Assembly: GCA_030430245.1 (NCBI GenBank)
Contig: JAUIFY010000003.1
Location: 1-58,721, forward strand
Length of the DNA stretch: 58,721 bases
Direction of reading: 5' to 3'
DNA from: a bacterium
Lineage (GTDB): Bacteria; Desulfobacterota; Binatia; UBA12015
In this document: one piece after another, positions 1-8,001 of the stretch
Layout: every line of letters begins with the position of its first letter
Position numbering within the stretch: the stretch's first letter is position 1
Position numbers and translations under genes: made by a program
The notes under the pieces: model-generated
Databases searched by the model: none
What the model saw: the letters and a program-made list of their open reading frames with translations, nothing else
What the model was told of the DNA's origin: nothing

Positions 1-1247
1 TCCAGCAGCAGACCGCGGGCGAGCTCCAGATCAACGGCTCCTCGTTCGACGGGCGGCTCGTGTTCGTCACGGGCCTCTTTGCCCAATGGGAGAGCATGGA
101 GGACGATCGCGCGACGGACGTCGGTCCGCCGCTCAGCCGTCTCACGAGGAACCTGGCCCAGAACAGCAACTGGACCTGTGCGCCGTACCTCCAGGCGACG
201 GCGGACTTCACGGAGTGGCTGAGCCTGACCGGCGGCATCCGCTACACCGTCGATCAGAAGTCGCTCACGCTGACCCAGTTCCAGTACGCTCCGACCCCGG
301 GGCGTCCGCTCGACGAGGAGTTCGCCTTCCCGCGCGAGATCGAGAAGTTCACGGCCTGGACGCCGATGGGCAGCATCGCCTCCACGGTGCCGGCCGATCT
401 CCTGCCCGACTTCATGGATCATTTGATGGGCTACTTCACGTACTCGGAGGGATTCAAAGGCGGCGGCTTCAACGCGCTGGCCGGCCCCCGACAGGAGGAG
501 GGCACCTCGGCTCTGGCCGCGTCCTTCGACCCCGAGACCCTCGACAACTTCGAGATCGGCTTCAAGGGCATCTTCTGGGACAATCGCTTCACCCTGAACA
601 CCGCCTTCTTCCTCGGGAAGTACGACGACATCCAGAAGGTCTCGGTCGTGACCGACGGAACGGGCGAAGACACCGTCACGCAGCGCATCACCGAGAACGC
701 GGCGAAGGCGACGACGAAGGGCTTCGAGATCGAGGCGCTGCTCTATCCGATCGAGGGATTGCAGATCACCGGCAACATCGGCGTGACCGACGCGCGGTAC
801 GACGAGTTCCCCGACGCCGTCAGCGACTACTCGACCGAGAACCCGGACGGTACACCCGCGACGATCGATCGCGCGGGCGAGACCTTCAACAACGTGCCCG
901 AGTTCACGAGCTTCCTCGCGATCCAGTACTCGATGGAGATCGACGCCGGCGACGCCGAGGTCCTCCGCGGTTGGCTCACACCGCGTTTCGAGTGGTACTA
1001 TCAGAGCAAGACGCACCAGCTCGGTCCCGAGCTCGTGGATACGGTCCAACCCGGGTACAACCTGCTGAACGCCCGCCTCTCGTACGCGTTCTGGGACGAC
1101 CGGGCGCAGGTGGCCCTCTGGGGCAAGAACCTCGCCGACCAAGAGTACATCAACTGGTCGACCGGGACCGTCTCGACGTTCGGCTTCCTGGTGAACTTCG
1201 CCGGGCTGCCCCGGACGTGGGGCGGCGAGCTGTCGTATCGCTTCTGA
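1..1247 (+). CDS. TonB-dependent receptor, C-terminal beta-barrel part (5' end outside window)
   Basis: The frame is open from base 3, so the GTG at 60 in the ORF track is not the true start. Motifs LSLTGGIRYT, GYFTYSEGFKGGGFNA and FDPETLDNFEIGFKG are present, and the protein ends ...GGELSYRF with the C-terminal aromatic residue typical of TBDR barrels. It is paralogous to the receptor at 56477-58721. Confidence 0.85.
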   Translation, partial: QQQTAGELQINGSSFDGRLVFVTGLFAQWESMEDDRATDVGPPLSRLTRNLAQNSNWTCAPYLQATADFTEWLSLTGGIRYTVDQKSLTLTQFQYAPTPGRPLDEEFAFPREIEKFTAWTPMGSIASTVPADLLPDFMDHLMGYFTYSEGFKGGGFNALAGPRQEEGTSALAASFDPETLDNFEIGFKGIFWDNRFTLNTAFFLGKYDDIQKVSVVTDGTGEDTVTQRITENAAKATTKGFEIEALLYPIEGLQITGNIGVTDARYDEFPDAVSDYSTENPDGTPATIDRAGETFNNVPEFTSFLAIQYSMEIDAGDAEVLRGWLTPRFEWYYQSKTHQLGPELVDTVQPGYNLLNARLSYAFWDDRAQVALWGKNLADQEYINWSTGTVSTFGFLVNFAGLPRTWGGELSYRF

Positions 1248-1371
1248 GATGAAGTGGAGTTAGAGGCCGGCACCAAACTCTAAAGGCGCGGGTTAGCCAT
1301 CGGATCGATGGTCCGACATTGCGGCCAGAGCCGTAATTAGAGAGGTGCCGGCCTCTAACTCCACTTCATCT
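1247..1371. repeat. Perfect 28-bp inverted repeat (1247-1274 / 1344-1371) around a 69-nt spacer
   Basis: AGATGAAGTGGAGTTAGAGGCCGGCACC is the exact reverse complement of GGTGCCGGCCTCTAACTCCACTTCATCT. The spacer contains its own hairpin CCATCG-GAT-CGATGG (1297-1311). The left arm starts on the last base of the receptor stop codon. Confidence 0.9.
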
Positions 1372-1595
1372 TGTCTGATCGATCCGGGTGCGCCACGAGG
1401 GGGCAGGGTCGGCCCCCCTCCCTTTTCGCAGCGGTTTCGGACCCTCGTCACGCGATCTTCGGTTGCGCGCCGCCATAGGCTTCGCCAGGATACCGGGGCC
1501 GATCGCCCTGGTCTTCCACCGACCGACTCACCACCACCTCTCCCGGGGCGTTTCCAACGATCGGCCCACGGAACGTTCACCCCAGGAGAGAAAAC

Positions 1596-2999
1596 ATGCG
1601 GATCCGACCCGCCTTCGTCGTTCAATTCACCCTCGTCGCGCTCGCCCTCGGTGGTGGGACTTGGGCCCGAGCCGCCGACTGCGGCGGCTCGGTCGAATGC
1701 CAATGTGGAGACCGCGTGGTCGCTTCGATCACGCTTCCCGGGCACCTCGACAGCTGTCCCGGCGACGGACTCAGGCTCGTCAGTGGCGTCCTCGACTGCG
1801 CCGATCACCAGATCAGTGGTCCCGGCGACAACACCTCGACCGCCGGCGTGATTCTCGAGGGCGACGGCACGACCCTGCAGAACTGCCGCCTCAGGAACTT
1901 CGGCGACGGCGCGCGCGTCGAGGGGGCGCTCGGGGCGTCGATTCTGGACAACGTCGCCTTCGACAACGCCCACGGAGTCTGGGTCGGCGGCGGCGCGTTC
2001 GGCACCGTGATCGACGGCAACGAGGTGCGCGACAACCAGGACGAGGGCATCCATCTCGGCTCCGGGACCGCGGGCTCGTTCGTTCGGAACAACGACGTAG
2101 GGGACAACGACGCCGAGAACATCTACCTGTTGGGGACGACGGCCAACGTGGTCGAAGACAACGTTCTGGGCGGCGCGAAGGACGCCGGCATCTTCATCAA
2201 GAACAGCTGGAACAACGACGTCCGTCACAACACGGTCGGCGATCGTCCGATCCTGGTTCGCGGCGATTCGTACGACAACCGCTTCGAGGCCAACGACCTT
2301 CTCGCGGGCGGGTACGTTTTCGAGGCCTTCGAGGAAGACGACGTCTGGACGTACCCGCACGGCCAGACCGTGACGGGAGGCTCGGTCGACGCGAGTACGT
2401 GCTTCGAGTTTCTCGGCTCGTACGAGAATACGGTGACCGACACCGTGGTCGACGATTGCCGCCATCTCGAAGAGAAGGAGTATGGCGACCTCGTTCCGTA
2501 CGGGAACGTCGTCTCGGTCATCGACGTTTCTCCCGGATCGGGATCCGAAGGGAGTGGCGGGTCCGGCTCCTCGGGCGGCAGCCGGAAGGGCCCGATCAAG
2601 CGCTCGAAGCCCGTCGGCGATCAAAAGGACACGCTCAAGCTCGACTTCGAGCTGCCACAGGGCCTCGACATCGACCTTGCGGCCGACGACGTCGAGATCA
2701 CCGTCAGCGACGACGACAGCGTCATCTACCGCGTCACGTTCGCGGCGGGCTGGATCGAAGAGAAGAGCTCCAGTCGCTGGCAGTACAAGGGAAAGCCGGA
2801 CGAGTCGCCGGGTGGCGTGAAGAAGCTGCTGTTTCGCCTCCACCCGATCCTGGGTTGGTCGGTGAAGCTTCGCGCGAAGACGAATCTCGACCTCGCGGAC
2901 GAGGCCGACATGACGGTCGAATGGACGATCGGAGACGACGAGGGATCGACCGCCGACCAGTGGCAGGAGAAGAGCAACGGCTGGCTGCTGAAGCCGTAG
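1596..2999 (+). CDS. Secreted right-handed parallel beta-helix repeat protein (NosD/pectate-lyase-like fold) with Gly/Ser linker and C-terminal module
   Basis: N-terminal signal-like segment MRIRPAFVVQFTLVALALGGGTWARA. Successive ~22-aa N/D-rich turns: NCRLRNFGDGARV, DNVAFDNAHGVWV, GNEVRDNQDEGIHL, NNDVGDNDAENIYL, DNVLGGAKDAGIFI, NNDVRHNTVGD. Linker SGSEGSGGSGSSGGS. Confidence 0.75.
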   Translation: MRIRPAFVVQFTLVALALGGGTWARAADCGGSVECQCGDRVVASITLPGHLDSCPGDGLRLVSGVLDCADHQISGPGDNTSTAGVILEGDGTTLQNCRLRNFGDGARVEGALGASILDNVAFDNAHGVWVGGGAFGTVIDGNEVRDNQDEGIHLGSGTAGSFVRNNDVGDNDAENIYLLGTTANVVEDNVLGGAKDAGIFIKNSWNNDVRHNTVGDRPILVRGDSYDNRFEANDLLAGGYVFEAFEEDDVWTYPHGQTVTGGSVDASTCFEFLGSYENTVTDTVVDDCRHLEEKEYGDLVPYGNVVSVIDVSPGSGSEGSGGSGSSGGSRKGPIKRSKPVGDQKDTLKLDFELPQGLDIDLAADDVEITVSDDDSVIYRVTFAAGWIEEKSSSRWQYKGKPDESPGGVKKLLFRLHPILGWSVKLRAKTNLDLADEADMTVEWTIGDDEGSTADQWQEKSNGWLLKP

Positions 3000-3094
3000 T
3001 CGGCGCGCGTCGCCCCGGCGTCGAGCCGGGCGTGAGTTTCCACGCTCGTCGGCGGATGCTGCGCGCCGTCCGTGTCCTGGGGTAGAGGTGGGGC

Positions 3095-3790
3095 GTGGAG
3101 GCTCGGCTCGAAGCGGTCCTGTGGGACAACGACGGTGTTCTCGTCGACACCGAGCCGCTCTACCTGAGGGCGAACCAGGAGATCCTGGCGACGGTCGGAA
3201 TCGAGCTGACCGTCGACGCGTTCCGCGAGGTGAGTCTCCAGCATGGACGGAGCGTTTTCGAGCTCGCAGTCGCGAGCGGCTGCGACGCGCGCGAGATCTC
3301 GCGCCTGCGGGTCGACCGTGACCGCCGGTACGCGGAGCTCCTCGACGAGGGGGTGAACGTCCTCGCCGGTGTGCGCGAGAGTCTCGACATCCTGCGTGGT
3401 CGACTCCCGATGGCGATCGTCACCAGCTCGCAGAAGACGCACTTCGACCGGATCCACCGTCAGACGAGTCTTCTCGACTACTTCGAGTTCGTTCTGGCGA
3501 ATGGGGACTACGAGCGCCACAAGCCGCATCCCGATCCGTACCTCGCGGCCGCCGCGAGGTTGGGGGTGGCGCCCGAGCGGTGTCTCGCGATCGAGGACAC
3601 GGAGCGGGGCCTGCGCTCGGCGGTCGCCGCCGGGATGCGCTGTGTGGTGATTCCCCGCGAGCTGTCCCGCGCGAGCGACTTCAGGTCGGCGCACCGGGTC
3701 CTCGAGACCGCGCAGGACGTCGCACCCGAGGTCGAGGCGTTGCTGGGGTGCGTCACGCGCCAGCGCGCTTCTCCCACGCGCGGCGCATGA
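3095..3790 (+). CDS. HAD-superfamily hydrolase, subfamily IA (phosphatase/beta-phosphoglucomutase-like)
   Basis: GTG start. Motif I DNDGVLVDTE, motif II VTSS, a conserved K in YERHKPHPDPY, and an acidic motif AIEDTERGLRSA. Confidence 0.8.
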   Translation: MEARLEAVLWDNDGVLVDTEPLYLRANQEILATVGIELTVDAFREVSLQHGRSVFELAVASGCDAREISRLRVDRDRRYAELLDEGVNVLAGVRESLDILRGRLPMAIVTSSQKTHFDRIHRQTSLLDYFEFVLANGDYERHKPHPDPYLAAAARLGVAPERCLAIEDTERGLRSAVAAGMRCVVIPRELSRASDFRSAHRVLETAQDVAPEVEALLGCVTRQRASPTRGA

Positions 3791-4610
3791 AGGCGAGGCC
3801 GTCCCGGGCCAGCCGTTCCTCGTCCTCGAAGAGCGGTCGCCAGATCTTCGTCGCGGCGGCCAGAGTCGGGAGCGCCTGGCCGAACGCCTCGACCGTGAGC
3901 CAGCCGTCGTAGTCGATCTCGCGAAGCGCGTCGAAGGTATCGTCCCAGTGCACGAGGCCGGTACCCGGTGTGCCGCGATCGTTCTCGGAGACGTGGACGT
4001 GGCGGATCTGCCTCCGGGCGCCGACGATCGCTTCGCGGACGTTCTTCTCCTCGATGTTCGCGTGGAAGGTGTCGTAGTGGATGCCTACGTTCCGGCGGTC
4101 GACGTCCCGGACGAACCGCGCCGTGTCGGCCGTCGTGTTGAGGAGGTAGATCTCGAAGCGGTTGAGGAACTCGAGTGCCAGATCGATCCCCGCGCCCGCG
4201 GCGTAGTCGGCGATCTCCCGGACGTACTCGACGCCGTGGCCCCACTCCTCGGTCGTCGGGGGTGCGCCGCTGAACTCTCCGATCGCGGCGTAGAGTGGGC
4301 CGCCCATCAGCTTCGCCCCGGCGGCGGACGCGCAGTCGATCGCGTCGTTCGTCGCGTCGATGGCGGCGCGGCGTACGGTGGGATCCGGGCTGATGGGATC
4401 GTTCTCGGCGTTTCGAACGGTGACCGCCGTGCATTCGAGACCGATGTCGCGCAGCCGTGAGCCGAGCTTGGCGTAGTCCGCTGGCGTTCCCGAGACGATG
4501 GGAAGCTCGACACCGTCGTAGCCCATGTCCTTGAGGCGCTCGATGAGCGGCAGGTGCTGCTCGTCGCACGGCTCGTCGGTCCAGAGAAAGAGGTTCATGC
4601 CGTACTTCAT
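3753..4610 (-). CDS. Sugar phosphate isomerase/epimerase (xylose-isomerase-like TIM barrel, ketose 3-epimerase-like)
   Basis: MKYGMNLFLW start. Metal-ligand-type motifs LEFLNRFE, HYDTFHANIEE, HVHVSENDRGTPG and WLTVEAF. Confidence 0.8.
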   Translation of the reverse strand: MKYGMNLFLWTDEPCDEQHLPLIERLKDMGYDGVELPIVSGTPADYAKLGSRLRDIGLECTAVTVRNAENDPISPDPTVRRAAIDATNDAIDCASAAGAKLMGGPLYAAIGEFSGAPPTTEEWGHGVEYVREIADYAAGAGIDLALEFLNRFEIYLLNTTADTARFVRDVDRRNVGIHYDTFHANIEEKNVREAIVGARRQIRHVHVSENDRGTPGTGLVHWDDTFDALREIDYDGWLTVEAFGQALPTLAAATKIWRPLFEDEERLARDGLAFMRRAWEKRAGA

Positions 4611-4709
4611 CGGGCGGCTCCCGTCTCGGTCGTCGCGAGGTCCGGTCGCGGGGCCACCGGGGCGCGATCGGCGGCGCCTCGAGAGCGGCTTTCTGGACCG
4701 GCTCGCACC

Positions 4710-5465
4710 TCAGAAGATCCCGCCGTCGACCCGAATCATCTGCCCGGTGACGTATCCCGACGCCTCGGAGACGAGATAGACCGCGGTGCCGACGATCTCG
4801 TCGGCGTCGGCGACACGGTTCAGAACGGCCGCCCGAGCGGCGATGGCCTTGGCTTCGTCGTTCGGGGCGGCCGCGTTGAAGCTGTCCGTCGAGAAGGTGC
4901 CGCAGAGGATGCCGTTGGCCCGGATTCCCTTCGGAGCGAACTCCTGCGCCATCACCGCGGTCAGGACGTTCAGGCCCGCCTTGGCGCATGCGTACACGGT
5001 CGTGAACGGGGTCGGACGCACGGATGCGAGCGAGCTGATGTTGACGATCGTGCTGCCGGGCCTCATGTGCTCTGCGGCGAGCGCGCTCAGCCGGAGAGGG
5101 CCCTTCAGATTCACTCCGATGGTCTTGTCGAAGAGGACCTCGGAGATCTCCTTCATCGAGGGGGCGACCGGTGCGATGCCCGCGTTGTTCACCAGGACGT
5201 CGATGCGCCCGAACTCGCTCGCGGTGCGTTCGACGAGCGTCTCGCATTGAGCCCAATCGCCCACGTGACAGGAGACGGCGAGTGCGCGGACGCCGCGCCG
5301 GCGGGCTTCCCGGGCGACGGCCTCGCACGGTGTCAGCTTGCGGCTCGCGATCACCACGTCGGCGCCGCGCTCGGCGAATCCCAGCGCCATCGCGCGGCCG
5401 AGTCCCTTGCTGCCGCCGGTGATGATGGCGACCTTGCCTTCGAGCTCCTTCCGATCGGTGCTCAC
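4710..5465 (-). CDS. Short-chain dehydrogenase/reductase (classical SDR)
   Basis: I place the start at the GTG (VSTDRKELEGKVAIITGGSKGLG), 10 nt after the upstream gene's stop. Motifs TGxxxGxG, NNAG and YACAKAG (YxxxK) are present. The longer ORF-track N-terminus is Arg/Ser-rich and unlikely. Confidence 0.8.
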   Translation of the reverse strand: MSTDRKELEGKVAIITGGSKGLGRAMALGFAERGADVVIASRKLTPCEAVAREARRRGVRALAVSCHVGDWAQCETLVERTASEFGRIDVLVNNAGIAPVAPSMKEISEVLFDKTIGVNLKGPLRLSALAAEHMRPGSTIVNISSLASVRPTPFTTVYACAKAGLNVLTAVMAQEFAPKGIRANGILCGTFSTDSFNAAAPNDEAKAIAARAAVLNRVADADEIVGTAVYLVSEASGYVTGQMIRVDGGIF

Positions 5466-5475
5466 GCGTCGTTCC

Positions 5476-6489
5476 CTACCCGATCTCGATGGCGATCTTG
5501 CCGAAGTGTCGGCCCTGCTCGAGATGCTCGACGGCGCGGCCGAGCTCGGCCATCGGGAAGGTGTCGCTCGAGACCGGACGAATCTCATGCTGCTCCATGA
5601 ATCGGCACATCGAGTCGAACGCGGCGCGGCTGCCGACGGTGACGCCTTGCATCGTGACGTTGCGGGTCATCGCGACCGAGACGGGGATCGCGGTGTCTCC
5701 GAAGCCGCCCAGAACGCCGACGATGGCGACGTGTCCCGCCACGCGCGTGGCCAGGACCGCCTGTCCCAGCGAACCCTCGCCGCCGACGTCGACGACGATG
5801 TGCGCACCACGTCCGTCGGTGCGCTTCAGGACCTCCTTCGACCACTCCGGCGTCGTCCGGTAGTTGATCGTGTCGTCGGCACCGAGGGCGCGACTCCGTT
5901 CGAGCTTCTCGTCGGACGACGACGTGAGGATCACGCGTGCGCCGTGCGCCTTCGCGAGCTGGAGCGCGAAGAGCGAAACGCCTCCCGTCCCCTGCACGAC
6001 GACCGTCTGTCCCGGTCCGACGTGACCGTCGGTGAGGGCGGTCCACGCGGTCACGGCGGCGCACGGGAGAGTTCCGGCCTCGAGCTCGGAGAGGTGACGG
6101 GGTGCCTGGACCAAGCACGCGGCGTCTACGGCGGCGTACTCTGCGCAGAACCCGTCCACTCCCTCGCCCGGGATCGGCCGCTTCACGTCGACGCTCGGCG
6201 GGCCGGAGAGCCACCGCGGATAGAAGTTCCCACAGACCCGCTGGCCCTCGGCGACCGAGTCGACGCCGTCTCCGGTCGCGACGACGGTGCCGCACCCGTC
6301 GGAGAGAGGGATGCGCGGGTACGTCATGCCCGGGATGAGCCCCCAGACCACGACCGCGTCGTGGAAGTTGAGGCAGCTGCCCCCGATCCGGACCAGGGCC
6401 TGGCCCGGCCCCGGCTCTGCCACGTCGCGTACGCCGGCGGCGATCCCGACGACGCCCGGGCCCTCCAGTTGCATCACCCTGGAGCGCAT
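5476..6489 (-). CDS. Medium-chain dehydrogenase/reductase (zinc-type alcohol dehydrogenase / quinone oxidoreductase family)
   Basis: GroES-like N-terminus (ALVRIGGSCLNFHD). Rossmann segment VVVQGTGGVSLFALQLAKAHGARVI. The start is uncertain: ATG at 6489 or 6474. Confidence 0.8.
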   Translation of the reverse strand: MRSRVMQLEGPGVVGIAAGVRDVAEPGPGQALVRIGGSCLNFHDAVVVWGLIPGMTYPRIPLSDGCGTVVATGDGVDSVAEGQRVCGNFYPRWLSGPPSVDVKRPIPGEGVDGFCAEYAAVDAACLVQAPRHLSELEAGTLPCAAVTAWTALTDGHVGPGQTVVVQGTGGVSLFALQLAKAHGARVILTSSSDEKLERSRALGADDTINYRTTPEWSKEVLKRTDGRGAHIVVDVGGEGSLGQAVLATRVAGHVAIVGVLGGFGDTAIPVSVAMTRNVTMQGVTVGSRAAFDSMCRFMEQHEIRPVSSDTFPMAELGRAVEHLEQGRHFGKIAIEIG

Positions 6490-6669
6490 CTCATCCCGCC
6501 TCCTACGTCGGAGAGGATCCCGTCGAGGCAACCCCCGAGCGCGGGTTCGGTTTGGTGGAAGTGCCGGCTCATCGCATCGTCTCCTCCGCCGTCGAGCGGA
6601 ACGCTATACGACGGCTCCCCCCGTCGCGAGGGGAGGGCGGAGGTCGCCGGGCCCGCGCGTGGTCGTGCC

Positions 6670-7647
6670 TCAGTCGAGCTGAGCGATCGCCTGAGCGAGA
6701 TTCGCGAGCGCCAACTCGCCCATGACCGTCGCGTCGGGCTTGTTCGGGTCCCTTCGCGACCGCTGATGGATCCCCTCGAGGAGTACGGTCATGCGGTAGT
6801 GGTAGAGGGCCGCGTAGTAGCGAAGGTCGGGGATTGCGCGGCCGCTCGCCCGTGCGTAGCGCTCGACGAGCTCCGCCTCCGTGGGCCAGGGCTCGGGGTA
6901 GATCGGACACCAGATGCGGAGGAAGCCGGCGAGGTCGAGGAGCGGATCGCCGATCGTCGCCGTTTCCCAGTCGACGATCGCGGCCACGCGGGCGGGGCGC
7001 TCGTGGGCGATCATCACGTTCATCATGTGGTAGTCCGCGTGCATGATCGTCGGACTGAAGTCGCTCGGAACGTTCCGCTCGAGCCACCTCGCGACATCGT
7101 GGATGCCATCGAGCTCGCGCCCCTGGTAGCTCTCGAGCTGCTTCATCCAGCGGGAGACCTGTCGCTCGTGGAACCCGTCCGGCCGTCCGAAATCCCCGAG
7201 GCCGATCGCACGCCAGTCGACCGCGTGCAGCACCGCCAGCGCGTCGGCCAGTGAGAACGCGATCTCCCGCTGCGCCTCCACGTCCGAGTCGTACGGCGGT
7301 GGCATCGGCGCGACGGGAACGAACCCCTCGACCCGCTCCATCAGGAAGAACGTGCATCCCAGCACGTCGTGGTCGTCGCAGAGCGCGACCGTCCGGGCGT
7401 GCGGTACGCCGGTCTGGTCGAGCGCCTTCTGGAGTCGATACTCCCGGCGGATCCCGTCGTTCGCCCGCTCCAGGGCAACCTTCGACGGCCGTCGGAGGAT
7501 CCAGCGCGCGTCACCGCGTTGCACGGCGAACATCGCGTTCGACTGGCCGTGCCCGATGGGCTCCACCGTGACCGCCCCACTTCCGATCTCCACGGAGTCC
7601 AGCCATTCCCGCAGCCGACCCGCGTCGAGGAGCGCCGCCATCGACAC
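6670..7647 (-). CDS. Phosphotransferase family protein (APH/choline-kinase fold; ACAD10/11- or LvaA-type kinase-like)
   Basis: Brenner-type catalytic motif HADYHMMNVM followed by IVDWETATIGDPLLD. The N-terminus (EPIGHGQSNAMF) is typical of this family. The start may be GTG at 7647 or ATG at 7641. Confidence 0.8.
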   Translation of the reverse strand: MSMAALLDAGRLREWLDSVEIGSGAVTVEPIGHGQSNAMFAVQRGDARWILRRPSKVALERANDGIRREYRLQKALDQTGVPHARTVALCDDHDVLGCTFFLMERVEGFVPVAPMPPPYDSDVEAQREIAFSLADALAVLHAVDWRAIGLGDFGRPDGFHERQVSRWMKQLESYQGRELDGIHDVARWLERNVPSDFSPTIMHADYHMMNVMIAHERPARVAAIVDWETATIGDPLLDLAGFLRIWCPIYPEPWPTEAELVERYARASGRAIPDLRYYAALYHYRMTVLLEGIHQRSRRDPNKPDATVMGELALANLAQAIAQLD

Positions 7648-7680
7648 GAACGCATAGGCGTCGAGACGCCCCCAAACAAT

Positions 7681-7920
7681 CCCGCTGGGGACGTTTCCCG
7701 CTGGGGACGTTCGTTACCTTTTTCGAAATGTTACCTTTTCGCGGCCGTACGGTAGCAGCCGCAGACACATCACGAACGTCGCCCTGGGGTGGCCGTTCCC
7801 GTCGTGGGCAACCAGCGCCGCGCGGGACCGGGTGCGGCTTCTTGATCGGTCGGAGCGGACGCTCGTTCCCCATTCGGATCAAAAAGGTAACAACTGCAGA
7901 AAGGTAACGAACGTCCCCTC
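7681..7920. repeat. Composite nested inverted-repeat element in an AT-richer intergenic region
   Basis: Tandem 15-mer CCCGCTGGGGACGTT (7681-7695, 7697-7711). GTTACCTTTT at 7713-7722 and 7730-7739 is mirrored by AAAAGGTAAC at 7882-7891 and AAAGGTAAC at 7900-7908. A 19-bp perfect inverted repeat pairs 7703-7721 with 7900-7918. Palindrome TTTCGAAA at 7721-7728. Confidence 0.8.
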
Positions 7921-8001
7921 CGGGAAGGGGTCCGGGCGCTCGTTGCCGGACCGACGGTGCGGTCGACACGGGTGGGGCCGTGCTCCCGGGCGCTCGTTGG
8001 C

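Noticed and set aside
1293-2843. 516-aa minus-strand ORF, and other long Arg-rich ORFs (for example 1388-3085, 3508-5328, 5338-7254, 13878-15404, 15681-17891, 28755-30278, 46408-49200, 51993-54740)
   Set aside because: All are antisense or alternative frames of genes with clear family motifs. They show the low-complexity R/G/P/A/D composition expected from reading GC-rich coding DNA off-frame.
3753-3790. 38-nt convergent 3' overlap between the HAD hydrolase and the sugar isomerase genes
   Set aside because: Tail-to-tail overlaps of this size are common in compact GC-rich genomes. The HAD C-terminal tail (…QRASPTRGA) is probably non-conserved. There is no evidence of a special mechanism.
7681-7999. 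Possible CRISPR array or integron attC site in the repeat-rich intergenic region
   Set aside because: The repeats are few, short, partly inverted and irregularly spaced, with no repeat-spacer periodicity and no cas genes. The GGTAAC boxes do not fit the RYYYAAC/GTTRRRY attC core, and no integrase is present.
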